Origin: Macrostomum lignano
Lineage: Eukaryota
Length of the DNA: 64,000 nt
Assembly: GCA_002269645.1 (NCBI GenBank)
Contig: NIVC01000514.1
Span: 186,001-250,000, forward strand
Reading direction: 5' to 3'
Part shown: positions 1 to 10,000 of the stretch, one piece after another
Position numbering within the stretch: the stretch's first letter is position 1
Layout: each line of letters opens with the position of its first letter
Translations under genes and position numbers: made by a program
Notes under the pieces: generated by a model
The model's database searches: none
The model's input: the letters and a program-made list of their open reading frames with translations, nothing else
Told to the model about the DNA's origin: nothing

Positions 1-784
1 TCCTCCTGAGCCCCGTATCAGCCGTATCGAGCTCACCGGCTTGAGGATGCTCAACAGTCGCTGACTCTCCCGAATCGTTGGTCGGCGCCTCCGATACGTT
101 GAGCTCCGGACGGCCTCCTTCGGCCTCCGACCCGGCCGCGGCCAGCAGTGGGCGAAGCTGGTCCCTGTGCGCCAGGACGGGCCGGTCCGACTCGGTCCGG
201 GTGACGATCGCCGTGTTGTGCCCGGCCTGCACGACGAACTCAGCAAGCTCGGGCTGTGCGCTTTGGCGAGCTTGGTAAACGACCGGGGCGTCCGTCTCGA
301 AGGTCAGCGTCAACGGGCTTCTCAGCTGCCGACCCATCAGCGCTGAGGGGCTGCCTCGGCCGTCACTACGTGGAGTCGCTCGGTAGTTCAGCAGGAGCTT
401 GGCCAGGTATGCGTCAAATGGTCCTTGATGAGCTGCAAACGCCTTGAGTCCTCGCTTGACAGTCTGCACCATCCGCTCGGCGCAGCCATTGGACTGCGGG
501 TGGTACGGCGGCGTGAAGAGCTGATTGCAGCCGATCCGCTCCAGCCAGCCTTGAAGCTCCTGATCGTGGAACTCTGGTGCGTTGTCAGACACCAGAGTGT
601 GCGGCACGCCTTGCCTCGCGAAGATGGCCCGTAGAACTCGAATCACCGTCCTCGCGCTCTTGTCTGCCACGTGCACGGCTTCCGGCCAGCCAGAGAAAGC
701 ATCAACCAGCACCAGAATCAGGCCGACTCCCGACACGTGAGCATGGTCCATGTGCACCCGCTTCCAAGGCGTCTCCTCGGTAGG
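1..784 (-). pseudogene. In-frame continuation of integrase (DDE core) after the TGA at 785-787
   Basis: Translation past the stop reads PTEETPWKRVHMDHAHV...LVLVDAFSGWPEA...LVSDNAPEF...PPYHPQSNGCAERMVQTVKRGL and stays open to the window edge. Confidence 0.9.
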
Positions 785-3748
785 TCACGTGTGCACCGTG
801 CGATTGGGCAGTGGTCGGATCCTCATACATGTCGCGCACTGCTTCACAAACCGCTCAACATCATTGCAGTGCCCCGGCCACCATGCTTCGCGTTTGAGTC
901 GATTTCGCGTCGCCAGCGCTCCGCTGTGGGTCACTCCGTGAGCCGCTTGCAGCATTTTACTACGGACCGCGGCAGGCGGGACCAGCAGGTCTCCGCAGCA
1001 TACGACGCCGTCTTCGATCGTCAACTGATAACGGACAGCCTTGAACGGACGCTCTGCAGCCGAGCAGTTGGACCAGACATTCTTCTGGATCCGGCGCTTG
1101 ATGCTCTTGAGCACTGGGTCGATGTCTGTTCCCTGGCGGATTTCCTCAAGCCTCAACAGGTCAGTCTCGGTCCAGTGGATGAAGCCACCATCGCCACTAG
1201 AATCGCCGTCATCGTTGCTCTCGAATGGCATCCGGGACATGGCATCCACGTGAGGGATGCTGTTGCCCTTGACGTAGGCGATGTCGAAGTCGAACGCGGC
1301 AAGCTGAATGGCCCACCGCATGATCCGCGCCGAAGTCACCTTGGGAAGCTCCCGACTGGGTCCGAAGATGAATTCCAGTGGCTGGTGGTCGCACTGAAGC
1401 AGGAATTTCTTGCCCAATAGAAAGTGCTTTGCTCGCTGAGTTGCCCAGACGACCGCCAGAGCCTCCCGCTCGATGTTGGAATAGTTGCGCTCGGCGGGTG
1501 AGAGGCGCCTTGACAGGTACAGCACCGGGTGGCCGTCTTGGCTGAGGATTCCCGATACTGCGGACTCGCTGGCATCTGTCGTCAGGGTGGTCAGCTTCCT
1601 GGGATCGAATATGCGGATAACCGGGTACACCGCCAAGGCTCGCTTGAGGTCTTCGAAAGCTTTTTGCTGCTCCAGGCCCCACACAAAGCTGGACTTCTGA
1701 CTCCTCAAAGCAGTCAAGGGCTCAATCTTCTCCGAGTAGGCCTGGATGTAGCGCGCATAATAGTTGGTGAGCCCCAGAAACGACTCCAGCTCCTTCCTCG
1801 TCGTGGGCGGCTTGACCTTCTGGATCTTCTCCACCAGCTTCTTGTCTGGCCGAACTCCATCCGCTGAGATGCGATACCCCAGGAAGCAGATCTCGGTGCT
1901 TCGAAAGACGCACTTCTCATGGTTAATCTCCATGCCAGCCTCTTTGAGGGTGCTCAGCAAGTGCTTCACTTTGGCATCCAGCTCACCTTCTGTCGGAGCG
2001 CCCACGCAAATGTCGTCTTGATAGATCACCATGTTCGACACCGCGTCGCCAATAGTGGCCTCCATGGCTGCCTGAAATTGGGCACTGGCTGTCTTGACAC
2101 CGTAGGGCATTCTCGTCCACCGCAGCAGGCCGATCGGCGTATTGATTGTGAGCACTTCCCTTGCGTTCTCATCCAGCTCGATCTGGTTGTAGGCATTTGT
2201 CAAGTCGACGGTGGCGAAGTGGGTCATCCCGGCCAGGGCGCAGAAGGCGGACTCAATGTTGGGCAGCGGGTAGGAGTCGGCGCAGATCTTGGGGTTGACT
2301 CCTATCTTGTAGTCCGAGCAGACTCGCAGATCATTGTTCGGTTTGCGCACGACCACAATTGGTGAGGCCCACCGGCTGCCTCCGGGTGGTACCGGCTCCA
2401 GAATCCCGCTCTGCACCATCTTCCGCAGCTTCTCGATGACCAGCGGCTTCATGTGGATTGGTACCTGACGGGCCTCGAAATAGCTTGGCTGCGCATTATC
2501 TTTCAAGACAATCCGAGCCCTGAAGCCCCGCAGCTTGCCTAGCGGGGGTGTCACCTCTGCGTGGTTGATGGCAACTCCGTCGAGCTTGAAGTCCAAAGCA
2601 TCGGTGCCCAGCAGTCCATGGTTCTTCTCGCACGCGGCCACAGTAACCTCGATGCAGGCAACTCTGTCGCTGAGCTCTACTACCGCTAAGAAGCAACCGA
2701 GGGTCTTGATGACAGACCCATCGAACTGGCGAAGCTGCCTGGGACACCGCTTGAGCCGAGGTTCACCCAAGGCTTTCCAAAAGTTCTTGGGGATGATGCT
2801 GGCGTCTGATCCAGAATCGAGCTGCATCGCCAGGAGCTTACCGTCCAGCTTCACATTCTTGATGCTGCTCGTCTTGCTCTTATTCGTGCTGCTGACGGTG
2901 AAGACTGGGTTGCGAGCTAGGTTGCCTTCCGGTTCCTCTGTCTCGATCTCGTGTGCCGACTTGTTCTGGGAGCTGCTTTTGCACACGGCTGCGAAGTGGT
3001 TGCGGCGTCCGCACTTCGCGCACGTCTTGCCCCAGGCTGGACATCGGCCGCTTGGGTGCTTTTGGCCACAGAACTTGCACGGCTTTCCGGCACTTCGGTT
3101 CTTGTCTACGCTGGCGATGGCTGCTGGGGCTGGCTGCTCAGCCGGGGTGCTGGAGCTGGTCGATGACTGCTTGACCTGATCGGAGCTGCTGTACTGCTGA
3201 ATGAGTTCCAGCTGTTGAACGTATTCAACGCAGGTATCCAACTTCACAGCTGCGGCAGCGCTCTGGATGAACTCGAGAGTCTTGGCTCGATGCTGCATGT
3301 TCTGCAGTCCGCTGATCAGCATCGTCTGAATGAGCTCATCCTCGGCAGTCTGATGGCAGCCCTCAGCGTTCAGCTTGCTGAATTCGCAGAACCTGGAGGC
3401 ATCCCTGAGGCGCTGTGCGAATTGTTGAGTCGATTCGCCGGTCTCTTGTCGAAGTGCCATGAATTTGGACCTCTCCGCAATGACCAGCCTCTTCTTGGGT
3501 GCCACCTTCTCCATGATCAGTTTGCGAATGTCTGCGAAGTCCATGTTCTCCAGTTCCTTGGGCTGCGCCATGACAGACACTCTGCGGACTGCCTCGACTC
3601 CCGCCTTGGACAGGAAGAGGTCAGTAATCTGGCGATCTTCATTGGAGTCCGTCAGCTTCTTGCTTCGACTGAGTGCGGCGAAACTCCTGAGCCATGCCTC
3701 AGTCATGGCTGGATCGTTTAGTGGCAGGTCACTTGCTTGCGACGCCAT
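785..3748 (-). CDS. Gag-Pol polyprotein (gag, CCHC knuckles, aspartic protease, RT, RNase H, integrase Zn finger), ended by a premature TGA
   Basis: CKFCGQKHPSGRCPAWGKTCAKCGRRNHFAAVC knuckles, LDSGS protease, YQDD RT motif, TDAS...ERNYSNIEREALA RNase H, H..H..C..C integrase Zn finger. Confidence 0.93.
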   Translation of the reverse strand: MASQASDLPLNDPAMTEAWLRSFAALSRSKKLTDSNEDRQITDLFLSKAGVEAVRRVSVMAQPKELENMDFADIRKLIMEKVAPKKRLVIAERSKFMALRQETGESTQQFAQRLRDASRFCEFSKLNAEGCHQTAEDELIQTMLISGLQNMQHRAKTLEFIQSAAAAVKLDTCVEYVQQLELIQQYSSSDQVKQSSTSSSTPAEQPAPAAIASVDKNRSAGKPCKFCGQKHPSGRCPAWGKTCAKCGRRNHFAAVCKSSSQNKSAHEIETEEPEGNLARNPVFTVSSTNKSKTSSIKNVKLDGKLLAMQLDSGSDASIIPKNFWKALGEPRLKRCPRQLRQFDGSVIKTLGCFLAVVELSDRVACIEVTVAACEKNHGLLGTDALDFKLDGVAINHAEVTPPLGKLRGFRARIVLKDNAQPSYFEARQVPIHMKPLVIEKLRKMVQSGILEPVPPGGSRWASPIVVVRKPNNDLRVCSDYKIGVNPKICADSYPLPNIESAFCALAGMTHFATVDLTNAYNQIELDENAREVLTINTPIGLLRWTRMPYGVKTASAQFQAAMEATIGDAVSNMVIYQDDICVGAPTEGELDAKVKHLLSTLKEAGMEINHEKCVFRSTEICFLGYRISADGVRPDKKLVEKIQKVKPPTTRKELESFLGLTNYYARYIQAYSEKIEPLTALRSQKSSFVWGLEQQKAFEDLKRALAVYPVIRIFDPRKLTTLTTDASESAVSGILSQDGHPVLYLSRRLSPAERNYSNIEREALAVVWATQRAKHFLLGKKFLLQCDHQPLEFIFGPSRELPKVTSARIMRWAIQLAAFDFDIAYVKGNSIPHVDAMSRMPFESNDDGDSSGDGGFIHWTETDLLRLEEIRQGTDIDPVLKSIKRRIQKNVWSNCSAAERPFKAVRYQLTIEDGVVCCGDLLVPPAAVRSKMLQAAHGVTHSGALATRNRLKREAWWPGHCNDVERFVKQCATCMRIRPLPNRTVHT

Positions 3749-3959
3749 TGTCGTGCCGTGAATTTGGCATAAAGAAACTCAAGGTTTATTTTAACTAGCA
3801 AGTAGCTTATTAAATAATGACACGAGCAAGGGCCGAGAGAACACCGAAATAAAGTCACGTGATGATAAATAACTACGTACAAGTACATGGCGGCTTAGGG
3901 GATGGCCAGTCAGAGCGAAGGGAGAGGAAAGAATGGTGTGCACGTACGATGCACGTACA
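3749..3959 (-). repeat. 5' LTR (~211 bp) of the left Gypsy element
   Basis: On the minus strand it begins TGTACG and ends CGACA, carries AATAAA (+ strand TTTATT at ~3785), and is followed by a TGGCG PBS-like sequence. The partner LTR is outside the window. Confidence 0.7.
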
Positions 3960-4049
3960 TAGCATAAGCTAGTTAGTTAGCCAGTGCCTAGAGCTCAGCG
4001 CTCCGGCACCACAACCTGCGCCTTGAACCCCCCTCCCAAATACTCGCAG

Positions 4050-7000
4050 TTCTTCGACTGGCTCGCCGATGACTGGAAGACCGCCGGCCTGGCGTCCAAG
4101 CAGTCCAAGCGGGCGGCCTTCTCCGTCTACTCGACCTTCCTGAACCGGGAGGGCTCGCTGTCCCTGGAGGCGGTGGCGCGTAGCCTGGACCCGGGCCTGG
4201 GGCTCGGCCGGCCGGCGCTGAACGAGCCGATCAAGACGCTGTCGCAGCTGTTCGCCAAGCGGCCGATGGACAGCCACATTGAGCGAATCGCCGCCGGCTT
4301 CAGTAGCGCCCAGGCCAGCCTGCGGCCAACGCTGGAGGCGCTGGTGGCCTCAGTCAGCGCGGAGATTCAGACCAAGCGGCGCGACGGCTTCGTGTCCGAC
4401 ATTCTGCCCGGCGTGGACGGGCTGCGGCCGGATTTGTCCGACGAGCGGCAGCAGCGGTTCATCGAGCAGTGCCGCGGTGTCATGCTGGCGCACGTGAACT
4501 ACATGATCGGCACGCCGTTCGGCGGTCACCTCGAGGCTGGCTGCCTGGCCTCGCTGCTCGAGCGGTTCTTCCGTCTGCGCCTGCCACCCGAGCTGCCGCC
4601 AGAGCTGCCGCAGTTTAACTTCCAGCGTCTGCGCGGCTCCGGCGGGCGAAGCTTCGGCGGCCTAAAAGAAATCGAGCGGCGGGGCACGCATCTGCTGAGG
4701 CCAGTGGAGCTGGACCGGATCCGGGCCTGCTCCGCGTGCGGCAAGCTGCTCTGCGGGCCCGGGCCTCAGGCCATGCGATGCAAGGGTGAGCTTCATGTGG
4801 TGCCTGGATGAGTGCTTCATGTGGTGCCTGGATGAGTGCTTCAACTGGTGCTTGGATGAGTGCTTCATGTGGTGGCTTGGATGAGTGCTTCATTTGGTGC
4901 TTGGATGAGTGCTTCAACTGGTGCCTGGATGAGTGCTTAAACTGGTGCCTGGATGAGTGCTTCAACTGGTGCCTGGATGAGTGCTTCATGTGGTGCCTGG
5001 ATGAGTGCTTTAACTGGTGCCTGGATGAGTGCTTCATGTGGTGCCTGGATGAGTGCTTCAACTGGTGCCTGGATGAGTGCTTCATGTGGTGCCTGGATGA
5101 GTGCTTCAACTGGTGCTTGGATGAGTGCTTTAACTGGTGCCTGGATGAGTGCTTCATGTGGTGCCTGGATGAGTGCTTCAACTGGTGCCTGGATGAGTGC
5201 TTTAACTGGTGCTTGGATGAGTGCTTCATGTGGTGCTTGGATGAGTGCTTCATGTGGTGCCTGGATGAGTGCTTTAACTGGTGCTTGGATGAGTGCTTCA
5301 TGTGGTGCTTGGATGAGTGCTTCATGTGGTGCCTGGATGAGTGCTTCATGTGGTGCCTGGATGAGTGCTTCAACTGCAAGTCGCAAGTCACATGCCCACC
5401 TCCCTCAGTCGGAGACTGCCAGGTGGTTTCGCACCGGGCCTGCATGGACCTGGTGAAGCCGATCAGCTGCAGCTCGGCGGCCGGGCTGCTCACTCGGAGC
5501 CACAGCAATGAGGGGCGCGACAGCTGTGAGTTCGAATCTGTTATCTGTTATCTCGGGGAGAGCGGTAAAATTGACAATAGAAATCAATCAATGTACAATT
5601 GACAATAGAAATCAATCAATGTACAATTGACAATAGAAATCAATCAATGTACAATTGAAAATAGATACTGCCACAACCCGGTGGCTAGTCAATGTACATT
5701 GCGGATTCCTTTCCAACCCCATCCTTGCGGCCTGGTTGGCTAGCCAATGAACATTGCGGATTCCTTTTCTACCACATCCTTGCGGCCTGGTTGGCTAGCC
5801 AATGTACATTGCGGATTCCTTTCCTACCCCATCCTTGCGGCCTGGTTGGCTAGCCAATGAACATTGCGGATTCCTTTTCTACCACATCCTTGTGGCCTGG
5901 TTGGCTAGCCAATGTACATTGCGGATTCCTTTCCTACCCCATCCTTGCGGCCTGATTGGCTAGCCAATGTACATTGCGGGTTCCTTTCCTACCCCATTCT
6001 TGCGGCCTGGTTGGCTAGCCAATGTACATTGCGGATTCCTTTCCTACCCCATCCTTGCGGCCTGGTTGGCTAGCCAATGTGCATCTGCATTCAATATGCC
6101 TTAAGCGATCCCTCGGCACTCCAGCTAGTGAGATGTACATTGCACTGAATTCCTCAACCCGTGGCCACTCTATAGAGCAGGTGGTAAGCGGGTGCATGCA
6201 GATTGTCCATTAGGCAGTTTCTATGTGCATTTAGCACAATGCAAGGGCTGATCCAGTTTCTACCAGCTGGTATTTATATTGGGCCAATATTTATTTCTCA
6301 GAAGTCCGTTTTTGATTGCCATTTAAATTTTCAGTTTGCTTAACATAACAAACGCATTTTATAAAAATTGACTTGCTCATTGAACTGCTGGTATTAATGA
6401 AAGGTCTAGTTAAAATTCGACGACTCAATTGCTTTGCAAATAATACTACTCAATAGTAGGGAGATGTAATTTTCGCTTGATCATTGAACTCTTCAATGTT
6501 TGTTTCTTTGAAATCTGCTCCCCTTCGCCTGTTGAAGCGCACGCCTGCGGGCCCAGCGCCCATCCGCAGCCCCAGGCCGGTGGACGCGGTAAGTATTGGC
6601 CGGGCCAGCTGCCCCGTAGGAACTGCCCTTGATTTCAATTCGGATCTCTGCTTGTGAAGGACGGTCTGATGTGTTTTCTATTTCTTGTTTAAACTGCTGC
6701 ACTCGTGTGATAGCCTACCGTGAGCATATTTCACGCTACATAAGCTGCACTCGTGTGATAGCCTACCGTGAGCATATTTCACGCTACATAAGCTGCACTC
6801 GTGTGATAGCCTACCGTGAGCATATTTCACGCTACATAAGCTGCACTCGTGTGATAGCCTACCGTGAGCATATTTCACACTACATAAGCTGCAAACTCAG
6901 AATAAATAATACGGTCTCCTCCAGTATATTGCAGTAGACAATTACAGCTAATTTTCTGTAGGCCAAGAAATTACTACATAATGAAACGCATTCCACTTTA

Positions 7001-10000
7001 CTTTAAAAAGTAAATTTAGCACTTACCACCTTTACACTATTTATAATTCAAGCTTCAAGATGCCTTTATTTTGCACATGGGTCTCTCTGTCTCAGTCCAC
7101 TTTCTCACCTTCTCAACTTTCGAAGAACAAATCTCAGTCTAGTAAGAGCTGCGTGCCTGGTTGTATGGGATTCAAAGGTGTATCGATTTAGATGAGTGCC
7201 AGTGCAGCTGGGTGCCAGTGCAGGTGAGTGCCAGTGCAGCTGGGTGCCAGTGCAGGTGAGTGCCAGTGCAGGTGAGTGGCAGTGCAGGTGAGTGCCAGTG
7301 CAGCTGAGTGCCAGTGCAGGTGGGTGCCAGTGCAAGTGAGTGCCAGTGCAGCTGGGTGCCAGTGCAGGTGAGTGGCAGTGCAGGTGAGTGGCAGTGCAGG
7401 TGAGTGGCAGTGCAGATGGATGCCAGTGCAGGTGAGTGCCAGTGCAGGTGAGTGGCAGTGCAGGTGAGTGGCAGTGCAGGTGAGTGGCAGTGCAGGTGAG
7501 TGGCAGTGCAGCTGAGTGCCAGTGCAGGTGGGTGCCAGTGCAAGTGAGTGCCAGTGCAGGTGGGTGCCAGTGCAGGTGAGTGCCAGTGCAGATGAGTGCC
7601 AGTGCAGGTGAGTGGCAGTGCAGCTGAGTGGCAGTGCAGGTGAGTGGCAGTGCAGCTGAGTGCCAGTGCAGCTGGGTGCCAGTGCAAGTGAGTGCCAGTG
7701 CAGGTGGGTGCCAGTGCAGGTGAGTGCCAGTGCAGATGAGTGCCAGTGCAGGTGAGTGGCAGTGCAGGTGAGTGGCAGTGCAGGTGAGTGGCAGTGCAGG
7801 TGAGTGGCAGTGCAGGTGAGTGGCAGTGCAGGTGAGTGGCAGTGCAGGTGAGTGGCAGTGCAGGTGAGTGGCAGTGCAGATGGATGCCAGTGCAGGTGAG
7901 TGGCAGTGCAGGTGAGTGGCAGTGCAGCTGAGTGCCAGTGCAGGTGGGTGCCAGTGCAAGTGAGTGCCAGTGCAGGTGGGTGCCAGTGCAGGTGAGTGCC
8001 AGTGCAGGTGGGTGCCAGTGCAGGTGAGTGCCAGTGCAGGTGAGTGCCAGTGCAGGTGAGTGCCAGTGCAGATGAAGCACGCCATCCGCTCCCCAATCTC
8101 TGCACTCACGCAGCCTTCTCAGTTTCTCACTCGCCAATCCTCACAGTGCCGCAGCTCACAGCAGCCGTGGCCAGGTGGCTCGGTGAGTTTTGACTTCGAG
8201 TTCGACCTTCAATTGTCTTCTTCTCTCATACTCGCCAGTTGGATTGGAAATAATCGCTAATCTTTACTCACAGATAAATCAATTGATTATTTTCTCACTG
8301 ATTGAGCTGGCGATCTGCCACTGCATGTGGGATTCAAATCCTATTATACTAAATTGCTTTGAAGGCCACAGCATCCCTACACGCATTCCCTGCCCGCCCC
8401 GCCTCAAACTCCGAAGCTGCTCCGAAGGCAGCCGCAAGGTCTTCCGCGGCCGATGCTGCCGCCACTGAGCCAGAGAGCCAGGCATCCACAGCTGCCGCTG
8501 CGGGGCCTCCCCTGCCGCATCCCGTGGCCTCCATGCCGCAGCTCGGCGCGGACTTCGGCGGGGACGGCGGCCGCAGCGGCCACCGAGGCAGCCTGGACTC
8601 GGGGCAGGACGCCATGGTGGGGGATTCAATGCTGCTGTCGCCCTGCGATATGGTGGTTGAACCGGTGAGAAACCGCTGCTGCTGCTAGTGCCATGGGGCT
8701 GGCCGGCTGCGAGAGTGACTGGCTGGCTGCGGGAGTGACTGGCTGGCTGCTGGAGTGACTGGCTGGCTGCGGGAGAGACTGGCTGGCTGCGGGAGTGACG
8801 GGCTGGCTGCGGGAGTGAGTGGCTGGCTGCGGGAGTGACTGGCTGGCTGCGGGAGTGACTGGCTGGCTGTGGGAGTGACTGGCTGGCTGCGGGAGTGACT
8901 GGCTGGCTGTGGGAGTGACTGACTGGCTGTGGAAGTGACTGGCTGGCTGTGGGAGTGACTGGCTGGATGCGCGAGCGACTACGGGCTGAATTCGGAGTGA
9001 TTGGCTGGCTGTGGGAGTTACTACTAACTGTGGAGTGACTGGCTGGCTGCGGGAGTGACTGGCTGGCTGCAGGAGTGATTGGCTGGCTGTGGGAGTTACT
9101 ACTAACTGTGGAGTGACTGGCTGGCTGCGGGAGTGACTGGCTGGCTGCGGGAGTGACTGGCTGGCTGCAGGAGTGAGTGGCTGGCTGCGGGAGTGACTGG
9201 CTGGCTGCGGGAGTGACTGGCTTGCTGCGATAGTGACTGGCTGGCTGTGGGAGTGACTGACTGGCTGTGGGAGTGATTGGCTGGCTGTGGGAGTTACTAC
9301 TAACTGTGGAGTGACTGGCTGGCTGCGGGAGTGACTGGCTGGCTGCGGGAGTGACTGGCTGGCTGCAGGAGTGATTGGCTGGCTGTGGTAGTTACTACTA
9401 ACTGTGGAGTGACTGGCTGGCTGCGGGAGTGACTGGCTGGCTGCGGGAGTGACTGGCTGGCTGCAGGAGTGAGTGGCTGGCTGCGGGAGTGACTGGCTGG
9501 CTGCAGGAGTGACTGGCTGGCTGCGGGAGTGACTGGCTGGCTGTGGGAGTGACTGACTGGCTGTGGGAGTGACTGGCTGGCTGTGGGAGTGACTGGCTGG
9601 CTGTGGAGTGACTGGCTGGCTGCGGGAGTGACTGGCTGGCTGCGGGAGTGACTGGCTGGCTGCAGGAGTGATTGGCTGGCTGTGGTAGTTACTACTAACT
9701 GTGGAGTGACTGGCTGGCTGCGGGAGTGACTGGCTGGCTGCGGGAGTGACTGGCTGGCTGCAGGAGTGAGTGGCTGGCTGCGGGAGTGACTGGCTGGCTG
9801 CAGGAGTGACTGGCTGGCTGCGGGAGTGACTGGCTGGCTGTGGGAGTGACTGACTGGCTGTGGGAGTGACTGGCTGGCTGTGGGAGTGACTGGCTGGCTG
9901 TGGGAGTGACTGGCTGGCTGCGGGAGTGACTGGCTGGCTGTGGGAGTGACTGACTGGCTGTGGAAGTGACTGGCTGGCTGTGGGAGTGACTGGCTGGATG

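Larger units (their letters stand above)
1..3959 (-). mobile_element. Ty3/Gypsy LTR retrotransposon (Mag-like, single gag-pol ORF); 3' part runs off the window
   Basis: PR-RT-RH-IN domain order on the minus strand; 5' LTR at 3749-3959 with TGT...ACA termini. Confidence 0.95.

Noticed and set aside
671-1420. 249-aa plus-strand ORF
   Set aside because: Antisense shadow of RNase H/integrase with no recognisable motifs.
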